NCBI GenBank assembly: GCA_964036045.1
Contig: OZ038378.1
Coordinates: 179,056,001-179,120,000 of the forward strand
Source: Eutreptiella sp. 'Long Island Sound 2002'
Lineage: Eukaryota > Protista > Euglenida
Direction of reading: 5' to 3'
DNA length: 64,000 nucleotides
The notes under the pieces were generated by a model that was not told the DNA's origin, did not search any database, and saw nothing but the letters and a program-made list of their open reading frames with translations. Positions within the stretch are counted from its first letter, which is position 1. Each line of letters begins with the position of its first letter. The translations under genes were made by a program, and so were the position numbers. Positions 1 through 13,700 of this stretch are shown here, piece by piece.

Positions 1-1646
1 ATTACGTCACACAAGGTACAGAAACCATCATCGATATATGCAGGAATGTCAATAAACACCAATAAACGCCGATAAACAACGGTTATCCCCCCGAAAAGGG
101 CGCTTTTCGAAAAATAAACGCAAAAACGCGTTTATTTGCCATTTGGCCAGTGGCCTGGCCAGTACTTAATTCACCCTTGCACCCAGCAAGACCCATAGAA
201 GGTAACAAACATCATACAGGACAAACACAACCATGGAGGGGATGTAATGTAGTGATTGTGGAAATGGCAAACAATGGTATGGTAGTGCATGAAATACCTG
301 GGACTGCCATGCAGTAAACCCAATGCATTATTACATGGTACTGAGCATATCTGGCACACGCTTCTGATCATAATTCACACCACGAGAATCATGATACAGG
401 ACAAACGGTGCTTCAGGAATACAATCACAGAGACTTGAGCAGGGTATGAGTACCTTGCCTGGCTCATACACCAACACAGGTGACACGCAGTAATCATGAA
501 AATGGTAAGTGCCAGGTATGCAAGGACACTGTGGAGCAAATGTAAAATCAAAACCTACCTCCACAATGAGTGCATCCAAGCCAATCTGGAAAAAACAAAT
601 GGAAACCGGGACACGGGGTTTCTTAGCTTTCCCCCCCTCTGTCTTTGCCTTCTCTGCAGGTGCAGATCCAGCAAGGCACAATCACATTCAGCACCCAACA
701 AGCTCAGACAAAAAATGAAATCATGAATCATATCCCAACCATTAATGATTGCATCATAGCTCATAGCCACACACAGCAGGACCCATAGCAGGCAACAAAC
801 ATCATACAGGACAAACACAACCATGGAGGGGATGTAATGTAGCGATTGTGGAACTGGCAAACAATGGTATGGTAGTGCATGAAATACCTGGGACTGCCAT
901 GCAGTAAACCCAATGCATTATTACATGGTACTGAGCATATCTGGCACACGCTTCTGATCATAATTCACACCACGAGAATCATGATACAGGACAAACGGTG
1001 CTTCAGGAATACAATCACAGAGACTTGAGCAGGGTATGAGTACCTTGCCTGGCTCATACACCAACACAGGTGACACGCAGTAATCATGAAAATGGTAAGT
1101 GCCAGGTATGCAAGGACACTGTGGAGCAAATGTAAAATCAAAACCTACCTCCACAATGTGTGCATCCAAGCCAATCTGGAAAAAACAAATGGAAACCAGG
1201 ACACAGGGTTTCTTAGCTTTTCCCCCCTCTGTCTTTGCCTTCTCTGCAGTTGCAGATCCAGCAAGGCATAATCACATTCAGCACCCAACAAGCTCAGACA
1301 AAAAATGAAATCATGAATCATATCCCAACCATTAATGATTGCATCATAGCTCATAGCCACACACAGCAGGACCCATAGCAGGTAACAAACATCATACAGG
1401 ACAAACACAACCATGGAGGGGATGTAATGTAGCGATTGTGGAACTGGCAAACAATGGTATGGCAGTGCATGAAATACCTGGGACTGCCATGCAGTAAACC
1501 CAATGCATTATTACATGGTACTGAGCATATCTGGCACACGCTTCTGATCATAATTCACACCACGAGAATCATGATACAGGACAAACGGTGCTTCAGGAAT
1601 ACAATCACAGAGACTTGAGCAGGGTATGAGTACCTTGCCTGGCTCA

Positions 1647-1653
1647 TACGGTA
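1647..1653. other. Probable transposon excision footprint TA-CGG-TA in a satellite unit
   Basis: Normal units read CTCATACACCAAC; this unit reads CTCATACGGTACACCAAC. It is the same TA that holds the 9949-10772 element in another unit. Confidence 0.75.
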
Positions 1654-4600
1654 CACCAACACAGGTGACACGCAGTAATCATGAAAATGGTAAGTGCCAG
1701 GTATGCAAGGACACTGTGGAGCAAATGTAAAAATCAAAACCTACCTCCACAATGAGCGCATCCAAGCCAATCTGGAAAAAACAAATGGAAACTGGAACAT
1801 GGGGTTTCTTAGCTTTTCCTCCCTCTGTCTTTGCCTTCTCTGCAGTCTCTGCAGTTCTTCCAGCAAGGTGCACAATCACATTCCCCAACAAGCTCAGACA
1901 AAAAATGAAATCATGAATCATATCCCAACCATTAATGATTGCATCATAGCTCATAGCCACACACAGCAGGACCCATAGCAGGCAACAAACATCATACAGG
2001 ACAAACACAACCATGGAGGGGATGTAATGTAGCGATTGTGGAAATGGCAAATAATGGTATGGTAGTGCATGAAATACCTGGGACTGCCATGCAGTAAACC
2101 CAACGCATTATTACATGGTACTGAGCATATCTGGCACACGCTTCTGATCATAATTCACACCACGAGAATCATGACACAGGACAAACGGTGCTTCAGGAAT
2201 ACAATCACAGAGACTTGAGCAGGGTATGAGTACCTTGCCTGGCTCATACACCACCACAGGTGACACGCAGTAATCATGAAAATGGTAAGTACCAGGTATG
2301 CAAGGACACTGTGGAGCAAATGTAAAAATCAAAACCTACCTCCACAATGAGCGCATCCAAGCCAATCTGGAAAAAACAAATGGAAACCAGGACATGGGGT
2401 TTCTTAGCTTTTCCTCCCTCTGTCTTTGCCTTCTCTGCAGTCTCTGCAGTTCTTCCAGTAAGGTGCACAATCACATTCCCCAACAAACTCAGACAAAAAA
2501 TGAAATCATGAATCATATCCCAACCATTAATGATTGCATCATAGCTCATAGCCACACACAGCAGGACCCATAGCAGGCAACAAACATCATACAGGACAAA
2601 CACAACCATGGAGGGGATGTAATGTAGCGATTGTGGAACTGGCAAACAATGGTATGGTAGTGCATGAAATACCTGGGACTGCCATGCAGTAAACCCAATG
2701 CATTATTACATGGTACTGAGCATATCTGGCACACGCTTCTGATCATAATTCACACCACGAGAATCATGATACAGGACAAACGGTGCTTCAGGAATACAAT
2801 CACAGAGACTTGAGCAGGGTATGAGTACCTTGCCTGGCTCATACACCAACACAGGTGACACGCAGTTATCATGAAAATGGTAAGTGCCAGGTATGCAAGG
2901 ACACTGTGGAGCAAATGTAAAATCAAAACCTACCTCCACAATTTGTGCATCCAAGCCAATCTGGAAAAAACAAATGGAAACCGGGACACGGGGTTTCTTA
3001 GCTTTTCCTCCCTCTGTCTTTGCCTTTTCTGCAGTCTCTGCAGTCTCTCCAGCAAGGGGCACAATCACATTCCCCAACAAACTCAGACAAAAAATGAAAT
3101 CATGAATCATATCCCAACCATTAATGATTGCATCATAGTTCATAGCCACACACAGCAGGACCCATAGCAGGCAACAAACATCATACAGGACAAACACAGC
3201 CATGGAGGGGATGTAATGTAGCGATTGTGGAAATGGCAAACAATGGTATGGTAGTGCATGAAATACCTGGGACTGCCATGCAGTAAACCCAACGCATTAT
3301 TACATGGTACTGAGCATATCTGGCACACGCTTCTGATCATAATTCACACCACGAGAATCATGATACAGGACAAACGGTGCTTCAGGAATACAATCACAGA
3401 GACTTGAGCAGGGTATGAGTACCTTGCCTGGCTCATACACCAACACAGGTGACACGCAGTAATCATGAAAATGGTAAGTGCCAGGTATGCAAGGACACTG
3501 TGGAGCAAATGTAAAAATCAAAACCTACCTCCACAATGAGTGCATCCAAGCCAATCTGGAAAAAACAAATGGAAACCGGAACATGGGGTTTCTTAGCTTT
3601 TCCTCCCTCTGTCTTTGCCTTCTCTGCAGTCTTTGCAGTTCTTCCAGCAAGGTGCACAATCACATTCCCCAACAAACTCAGACAAAAAATGAAATCATGA
3701 ATCATATCCCAACCATTAATGATTGCATCATAGTTCATAGCCACACACAGCAGGACCCATAGCAGGCAACAAACATCATACAGGACAAACACAACCATGG
3801 AGGGGATGTAATGTAGCGATTGTGGAAATGGCAAATAATGGTATGGTAGTGCATGAAATACCTGGGACTGCCATGCAGTAAACCCAATGCATTATTACAT
3901 GGTACTGAGCATATCTGGCACACGCTTCTGATCATAATTCACACCACGAGAATCATGATACAGGACAAACGGTGCTTCAGGAATACAATCACAGAGACTT
4001 GAGCAGGGTATGAGTACCTTGCCTGGCTCATACACCAACACAGGTGACACGCAGTTATCATGAAAATGGTAAGTGCCAGGTATGCAAGGACACTGTGGAG
4101 CAAATGTAAAATCAAAACCTACCTCCACAATTTGTGCATCCAAGCCAATCTGGAAAAAACAAATGGAAACCGGGACACGGGGTTTCTTAGCTTTTCCCCC
4201 CTCTGTCTTTGCCTTTTCTGCAGTCTCTGCAGTCTCTCCAGCAAGGTGCACAATCACATTCCCCAACAAGCTCAGACAAAAAATGAAATCATGAATCATA
4301 TCCCAACCATTAATGATTGCATCATAGTTCATAGCCACACACAGCAGGACCCATAGCAGGCAACAAACATCATACAGGACAAACACAACCATGGAGGGGA
4401 TGTAATGTAGTGATTGTGGAACTGGCAAACAATGGTATGGTAGTGCATGAAATACCTGGGACTGCCATGCAGTAAACCCAACGCATTATTACATGGTACT
4501 GAGCATATCTGGCACACGCTTCTGATCATAATTCACACCACGAGAATCATGATACAGGACAAACGGTGCTTCAGGAATACAATCACAGAGACTTGAGCAG

Positions 4601-7600
4601 GGTATGAGTACCTTGCCTGGCTCATACACAAACACAGGTGACACGCAGTAATCATGAAAATGGTAAGTGCCAGGTATGCAAGGACACTGTGGAGCAAATG
4701 TAAAATCAAAACCTACCTCCACAATGAGTGCATCCAAGCCAATCTGGAAAAAACAAATGGAAACCGGAACATGGGGTTTCTTAGCTTTTCCTCCCTCTGT
4801 CTTTGCCTTCTCTGCAGTCTCTCCAGCAAGGGGCACAATCACATTCCCCAACAAACTCAGACAAAAAATGAAATCATGAATCATATCCCAACCATTAATG
4901 ATTGCATCATAGCTCATAGCCACACACAGCAGGACCCATAGCAGGCAACAAACATCATACAGGACAAACACAGCCATGGAGGGGATGTAATGTAGCGATT
5001 GTGGAAATGGCAAATAATGGTATGGCAGTGCATGAAATACCTGGTACTGCCATGCAGTAAACCCAATGCATTATTACATGGTACTGAGCATATCTGGCAC
5101 ACGCTTCTGATCATAATTCACACCACGAGAATCATGATACAGGACAAACGGTGCTTCAGGAATACAATCACAGAGACTTGAGCAGGGTATGAGTACCTTG
5201 CCTGGCTCATACACAAACACAGGTGACACGCAGTTATCATGAAAATGGTAAGTGCCAGGTATGCAAGGACACTGTGGAGCAAATGTAAAATCAAAACCTA
5301 CCTCCACAATTTGTGCATCCAAGCCAATCTGGAAAAAACAAATGGAAACCGGAACATGGGGTTTCTTAGCTTTTCCTCCCTCTGTCTTTGCCTTTTCTGC
5401 AGTCTCTGCAGTCTCTCCAGCAAGGTGCACAATCACATTCCCCAACAAGCTCAGACAAAAAATGAAATCATGAATCATATCCCAACCATTAATGATTGCA
5501 TCATAGTTCATAGCCACACACAGCAGGACCCATAGCAGGCAACAAACATCATACAGGACAAACACAACCATGGGGGGGATGTAATGTAGCGATTGTGGAA
5601 ATGGCAAATAATGGTATGGCAGTGCATGAAATACCTGGGACTGCCATGCAGTAAACCCAATGCATTATTACATGGTACTGAGCATATCTGGCACACGCTT
5701 CTGATCATAATTCACACCACGAGAATCATGATACAGGACAAACGGTGCTTCAGGAATACAATCACAGAGACTTGAGCAGGGTATGAGTACCTTGCCTGGC
5801 TCATACACAAACACAGGTGACACGCAGTTATCATGAAAATGGTAAGTGCCAGGTATGCAAGGACACTGTGGAGCAAATGTAAAAATCAAAACCTACCTCC
5901 ACAATGAGTGCATCCAAGCCAATCTGGAAAAAACAAATGGAAACCGGGACACGGGGTTTCTTAGCTTTTCCTCCCTCTGTCTTTGCCTTTTCTGCAGTCT
6001 CTGCAGTCTCTCCAGCAAGGTGCACAATCACATTCCCCAACCAGCTCAGACAAAAAATGAAATCATGAATCATATCCCAACCATTAATGATTGCATCATA
6101 GTTCATAGCCACACACAGCAGGACCCATAGCAGGCAACAAACATCATACAGGACAAACACAACCATGGAGGGGATGTAGTGTAGCGATTGTGGAAATGGC
6201 AAACAATGGTATGGTAGTGCATGAAATACTTGGGACTGCCATGCAGTAAACCCAATGCATTATTACATGGTACTGAGCATATCTGGCACACGCTTCTGAT
6301 CATAATTCACACCACGAGAATCATGATACAGGACAAACGGTGCTTCAGGAATACAATCACAGAGACTTGAGCAGGGTATGAGTACCTTGCCTGGCTCATA
6401 CACCAACACAGGTGACACGCAGTAATCATGAAAATGGTAAGTGCCAGGTATGCAAGGACACTGTGGAGCAAATGTAAAATCAAAACCTACCTCCACAATG
6501 TGTGCATCCAAGCCAATCTGGAAAAAACAAATGGAAACCGGGACATGGGGTTTCTTAGCTTTTCCTCCCTCTGTCTTTGCCTTCTCTGCAGTCTCTGCAG
6601 TCTCTCCAGCAAGGTGCACAATCACATTCCCCAACAAACTCAGACAAAAAATGAAATCATGAATCATATCCCAACCATTGATGATTGCATCATAGCTCAT
6701 AGCCACACACAGCAGGACCCATAGCAGGTAACAAACATCATACAGGACAAACACAACCATGGAGGGGATGTAATGTAGTCATTGTGGAACTGGCAAACAA
6801 TGGTATGGTAGTGCATGAAATACCTGGGACTGCCATGCAGTAAACCCAATGCATTATTACATGGTACTGAGCATATCTGGCACACGCTTCTGATCATAAT
6901 TCACACCACGAGAATCATGATACAGGACAAACGGTGCTTCAGGAATACAATCACAGAGACTTGAGCAGGGTATGAGTACTTTGCCTGGCTCATACACCAA
7001 CACAGGTGACACACAGTAATCATGAAAATGGTAAGTGCCAGGTATGCAAGGACACTGTGGAGCAAATGTAAAAATCAAAACCTACCTCCACAATGAGTGC
7101 ATCCAAGCCAATCTGGAAAAAACAAATGGAAACCGGGACACGGGGTTTCTTAGCTTTTCCTCCCTCTGTCTTTGCCTTCTCTGGAGTTGCAGATCCAGCA
7201 AGGCACAATCACATTCAGCACCCAACAAGCTCAGACAAAAAATGAAATCATGAATCATATCCCAACCATTAATGATTGCATCATAGCTCATAGCCACACA
7301 CAGCAGGACCCATAGCAGGCAACAAACATCATACAGGACAAACACAACCATGGAGGGGATGTAATGTAGTGATTGCGGAACTGGCAAACAATGGTATGGT
7401 AGTGCATGAAATACCTGGGACTGCCATGCAGTAAACCCAATGCATTATTACATGGTACTGAGCATATCTGGCACACGCTTCTGATCATAATTCACACCAC
7501 GAGAATCATGATACAGGACAAACGGTGCTTCAGGAATACAATCACAGAGACTTGAGCAGGGTATGAGTACCTTGCCTGGCTCATACACAAACACAGGTGA

Positions 7601-8761
7601 CACGCAGTTATCATGAAAATGGTAAGTGCCAGGTATGCAAGGACACTGTGGAGCAGATGTAAAATCAAAACCTACCTCCACAATTTGTGCATCCAAGCCA
7701 ATCTGGAAAAAACAAATGGAAACTGGGACATGGGGTTTCTTAGCTTTTCCTCCCTCTGTCTTTGCCTTTTCTGCAGTCTCTGCAGTCTCTCCAGCAAGGT
7801 GCACAATCACATTCCCCAACAAGCTCAGACAAAAAATGAAATCATGAATCATATCCCAACCATTAATGATTGCATCATAGTTCATAGCCACACACAGCAG
7901 GACCCATAGCAGGCAACAAACATCATACAGGACAAACACAACCATGGAGGGGATGTAATGTAGTCATTGTGGAAATGGCAAACAATGGTATGGTAGTGCA
8001 TGAAATACCTGGGACTGCCATGCAGTAAACCCAACGCATTATTACATGGTACTGAGCATATCTGGCACACGCTTCTGATCATAATTCACACCACGAGAAT
8101 CATGATACAGGACAAACGGTGCTTCAGGAATACAATCACAGAGACTTGAGCAGGGTATGAGTACCTTGCCTGGCTCAGACACAAACACAGGTGACACGCA
8201 GTAATCATGAAAATGGTAAGTACCAGGTATGCAAGGACACTGTGGAGCAAATGTAAAATCAAAACCTACCTCCACAATGAGTGCATCCAAGCCAATCTGG
8301 AAAAAACAAATGGAAACCGGAACATGGGGTTTCTTAGCTTTTCCTCCCTCTGTCTTTGCCTTCTCCGCACTCTCTCCAGCAAGGGGCACAATCACATTCC
8401 CCAACAAGCTCAGACAAAAAATGAAATCATGAATCATATCCCAACCATTAATGATTGCATCATAGCTCATAGCCACACACAGCAGGACCCATAGCAGGCA
8501 ACAAACATCATACAGGACAAACACAACCATGGAGGGGATGTAATGTAGTCATTGTGGAACTGGCAAACAATGTATGGTAGTGCATGAAATACCTGGTACT
8601 GCCATGCAGTAAACCCAATGCATTATTACATGGTACTGAGCATATCTGGCACACGCTTCTGATCATAATTCACACCACGAGAATCATGATACAGGACAAA
8701 CGGTGCTTCAGGAATACAATCACAGAGACTTGAGCAGGGTATGAGTACCTTGCCTGGCTCA

Positions 8762-8768
8762 TACGGTA
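8762..8768. other. Probable transposon excision footprint TA-CGG-TA
   Basis: Same 5-bp addition at the same TA. The downstream unit shares the diagnostic CCACAGTTTGTGA(T/A)GCC variant with the unit that follows the intact element. Confidence 0.8.
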
Positions 8769-9948
8769 CACCAACACAGGTGACACGCAGTAATCATGAA
8801 AATGGTAAGTGCCAGGTATGCAAGGACACTGTGGAGCAAATGTAAAAATCAAAACCTACCTCCACAGTTTGTGATGCCAATCTGGAAAAAACAAATGGAA
8901 ACCGGGACACGGGGTTTCTTAGCTTTTCCTCCCTCTGTCTTTGCCTTCTCTGCAGTTGCAGATCCAGCAAGGCACAATCACATTCAGCACCCAACAAGCT
9001 CAGACAAAAAATGAAATCATGAATCATATCCCAACCATTAATGATTGCATCATAGCTCATAGCCACACACAGCAGGACCCATAGCAGGCAACAAACATCA
9101 TACAGGACAAACACAACCATGGAGGGGATGTAATGTAGTCATTGTGGAAATGGCAAACAATGGTATGGCAGTGCATGAAATACCTGGGACTGCCATGCAG
9201 TAAACCCAATGCATTATTACATGGTACTGAGCATATCTGGCACACGCTTCTGATCATAATTCACACCACGAGAATCATGATACAGGACAAACGGTGCTTC
9301 AGGAATACAATCACAGAGACTTGAGCAGGGTATGAGTACCTTGCCTGGCTCATACACCAACACAGGTGACACGCAGTTATCATGAAAATGGTAAGTGCCA
9401 GGTATGCAAGGACACTGTGGAGCAAATGTAAAATCAAAACCTACCTCCACAATGTGTGCATCCAAGCCAATCTGGAAAAAACAAATGGAAACTGGGACAT
9501 GGGGTTTCTTAGCTTTCCCCCCCTCTGTCTTTGCCTTTTCTGCAGTCTCTGCAGTCTCTCCAGCAAGGGGCACAATCACATTCCCCAACAAGCTCAGACA
9601 AAAAATGAAATCATGAATCATATCCCAACCACTAATGATTGCATCATAGCTCATAGCCACACACAGCAGGACCCATAGCAGGTAACAAACATCATACAGG
9701 ACAAACACAACCATGGAGGGGATGTAATGTAGTCATTGTGGAAATGGCAAACAATGGTATGGTAGTGCATGAAATACCTGGGACTGCCATGCAGTAAACC
9801 CAATGCATTATTACATGGTACTGAGCATATCTGGCACACGCTTCTGATCATAATTCACACCACGAGAATCATGATACAGGACAAACGGTGCTTCAGGAAT
9901 ACAATCACAGAGACTTGAGCAGGGTATGAGTACCTTGCCTGGCTCATA

Positions 9949-10772
9949 CCCCCCCCGCCCCTTGTCGTTCCCCACGCCAGGGAAGACGGTTCCCCACCAC
10001 CCCCTGGGGGACGGTCACCAAGTGACGGTACCCCACCCCCCCCCTGGGGGACCGCACTACCACTGCACACGCACATTTGCAGGCACAGAAATTGCAGCAT
10101 AAAACGAAAGAATTGAACATAAGATACGTTCAAAGGGCTGCCCATGTACGGAGACCTACTCCTTGACCAGCTCGGTGTAAAATTTCTTGGTGCTGCTCCG
10201 CTTCACCTTGAACTCTTGCACATGCTCTCCACTTTCCACTGGAATGCTTTGGGCAGCACTCTTGGGTGGTGGTTTTGCCTTCTTGGTAAGAGGCTTGGCA
10301 GGCGCAAGCAGATTTTTGGGAACCAGTTTCCCTTCAGGAATGTCCCTTGTAAAATACAACTTGTTCCCAAAACTGTGTCCCATACGCCATACACCACGGG
10401 CACTCTTCACCCACACAACCTCCGTGTCAGCATTCAGGCCACTATCATCATCCGTCACATTTGTCCGGTCCCAGGGGGAAACATGGTTGTGTTGTCAAGT
10501 TCCATTTCAGCGAAAGTAAGCAAAATGTCCCGCCATGAGTGCCATGAGGGATACAAGTGGCAGTGCCCCACAACGCAGTCACCCGGACAACAACACAATG
10601 AGCCGCAACGAAAAATTTTGAGTTGACCAAGTGACGGTCCCCCACCCCCCCCCTGGGGAACAACAAGGGGTGGGGAACGACAAAGGGGATCAATGGTCGG
10701 TGCTGATCGACTGAATGTCCCCGCCATAGACACTTTCAGCCACGACGGGAAGGACAAAGGGGGGGGGGGGGG
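9949..10772. mobile_element. Non-autonomous TIR DNA transposon (poly-C TIR family, copy E1) inserted in the satellite
   Basis: Interrupts a unit exactly: CTCA-TA[element]TA-CACCAAC (TA at 9947-9948 and 10773-10774). Left end C9GCCCCTTGTCGTTCCC; right end GGGAAGGACAAAG14. Direct repeat ACCAAGTGACGGT.CCCCACCCCCCCC at 10017 and 10626. Confidence 0.9.
10156..10600 (-). pseudogene. Frameshifted cargo ORF of E1 (unknown protein, Tudor/SH3-like N-terminal part)
   Basis: VVWVKSARGVWRMGHSFGNKLYFTRD...HVQEFKVKRSSTKKFYTELVKE aligns with ORFs in copies at 18284-18813 and 22678-22872. Upstream PGDCV / TCIPHGTHGGTFCLLSLKWNLTTQPCFPL aligns with the ORF at 54183-54668. Confidence 0.6.
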
Positions 10773-13700
10773 TACACCAACACAGGTGACACGCAGTAAT
10801 CATGAAAATGGTAAGTGCCAGGTATGCAAGGACACTGTGGAGCAAATGTAAAAATCAAAACCTACCTCCACAGTTTGTGAAGCCAATCTGGAAAAAACAA
10901 ATGGAAACCGGGACACGGGGTTTCTTAGCTTTTCCCCCCTCTGTCTTTGCCTTCTCTGCAGTTGCAGATCCAGCAAGGCACAATCACATTCAGCACCCAA
11001 CAAGCTCAGATGAAAATTGAAATCATGAATCATATCCCAACCATTAATGATTGCATCATAGTTCATAGCCACACACAGCAGGACCCATAGCAGGCAACAA
11101 ACATCATACAGGACAAACACAACCGTGGAGGGGATGTAATGTAGTGATTGTGGAAATGGCAAACAATGGTATGGCAGTGCATGAAATACCTGGGACTGCC
11201 ATGCAGTAAACCCAATGCATTATTACATGGTACTGAGCATATCTGGCACACGCTTCTGATCATAATTCACACCACGAGAATCATGATACAGGACAAACGG
11301 TGCTTCAGGAATACAATCACAGAGACTTGAGCAGGGTATGAGTACCTTGCCTGGCTCATACACAAACACAGGTGACACGCAGTTATCATGAAAATGGTAA
11401 GTGCCAGGTATGCAAGGACACTGTGGAGCAAATGTAAAATCAAAACCTACCTTCACAATGAGTGCATCCAAGCCAATCTGGAAAAAACAAATGGAAACCG
11501 GGACACGGGGTTTCTTAGCTTTCCCCCCCTCTGTCTTTGCCTTCTCTGCAGTTGCAGATCCAGCAAGGCACAATCACATTCAGCACCCAACAAGCTCAGA
11601 CAAAAAATGAAATCATGAATCATATCCCAACCATTAATGATTGCATCATAGTTCATAGCCACACACAGCAGGACCCATAGCAGGCAACAAACATCATACA
11701 GGACAAACACAACCATGGAGGGGATGTAATGTAGTCAGTGTGGAAATGGCAAACAATGGTATGGCAGTGCATGAAATACCTGGTACTGCCATGCAGTAAA
11801 CCCAATGCATTATTACATGGTACTGAGCATATCTGGCACACGCTTCTGATCATAATTCACACCACGAGAATCATGATACAGGACAAACGGTGCTTCAGGA
11901 ATACAATCACAGAGACTTGAGCAGGGTATGAGTACCTTGCCTGGCTCATACACCAACACAGGTGACACGCAGTAATCATGAAAATGGTAAGTGCCAGGTA
12001 TGCAAGGACACTGTGGAGCAAATGTAAAATCAAAACCTACCTCCACAATGTGTGCATCCAAGCCAATCTGGAAAAAACAAATGGAAACCGGGACACAGGG
12101 TTTCTTAGCTTTCCCCCCCTCTGTCTTTGCCTTCTCTGCAGGTGCAGATCCAGCAAGGCACAATCACATTCAGCACCCCACCAGCTCAGACAAAAAATGA
12201 AATCATGAATCATATCCCAACCATTAATGATTGCATCATAGCTCATAGCCACACACAGCAGGACCCATAGCAGGCAACAAACATCATACAGGACAAACAC
12301 AACCATGGAGGGGATGTAAGCAAACAATTGTATGGTAGTGCATGAAATACCTGGGACTGCCATGCAGTAAACCCAATGCATTATTACATGGTACTGAGCA
12401 TATCTGGCACACGCTTCTGATCATAATTCACACCACGAGAATCATGATACAGGACAAACGGTGCTTCAGGAATACAATCACAGAGACTTGAGCAGGGTAT
12501 GAGTACCTTGCCTGGCTCATACACAAACACAGGTGACACGCAGTTATCATGAAAATGGTAAGTGCTAGGTATGCAAGGACACTGTGGAGCAAATGTAAAA
12601 TCAAAACCTACCTCCACAATGTGTGCATCCAAGCCAATCTGGAAAAAACAAATGGAAACCGGGACACAGGGTTTCTTAGCTTTTCCCCCCTCTGTCTTTG
12701 CCTTCTCTGCAGTTGCAGATCCAGCAAGGCAGAATCACATTCAGCACCCAACAAGCTCAGACAAAAAATGAAATCATGAATCATATCCCAACCATTAATG
12801 ATTGCATCATAGCTCATAGCCACACACAGCAGGACCCATAGCAGGCAACAAACATCATACAGGACAAACACAACCATGGAGGGGATGTAATGTAGTCAGT
12901 GTGGAAATGGCAAACAATGGTATGGCAGTGCATGAAATACCTGGTACTGCCATGCAGTAAACCCAATGCATTATTACATGGTACTGAGCATATCTGGCAC
13001 ACGCTTCTGATCATAATTCACACCACGAGAATCATGATACAGGACAAACGGTGCTTCAGGAATACAATCACAGAGACTTGAGCAGGGTATGAGTACCTTG
13101 CCTGGCTCATACACCAACACAGGTGACACGCAGTAATCATGAAAATGGTAAGTGCCAGGTATGCAAGGACACTGTGGAGCAAATGTAAAATCAAAACCTA
13201 CCTTCACAATGAGTGCATCCAAGCCAGGCTGGAAAGAAAAATGGAACCTGGGACACGGGGTTTCTAGCTTTCTGCCTCTCTGTCTTTGCCTTCTCTGCAG
13301 GTGCAGATCCAGCAAGGCATAATTACATTCAGCACCCAACAAGCTCAGACAAAAAATGAAACCATGAATCATATCCCAACCATTAATGATTGCATCATAG
13401 CTCATAGCCACACACAGCAGGACCCATAGCAGGCAACAAACATCATACAGGACAAACACAACCATGGAGGGGATGTAAGCAAACAATTGTATGGTAGTGC
13501 ATGAAATACCTGGGACTGCCATGCAGTAAACCCAATGCATTATTACATGGTACTGAGCATATCTGGCACACGCTTCTGATCATAATTCACACCACGAGAA
13601 TCATGATACAGGACAAACGGTGCTTCAGGAATACAATCACAGAGACTTGAGCAGGGTATGAGTACCTTGCCTGGCTCATACACAAACACAGGTGACACGC

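Noticed and set aside
1-150. ATAAAC-rich repeated motif before the array
   Set aside because: Probably the end of a non-autonomous element cut by the window edge; too little sequence to call.
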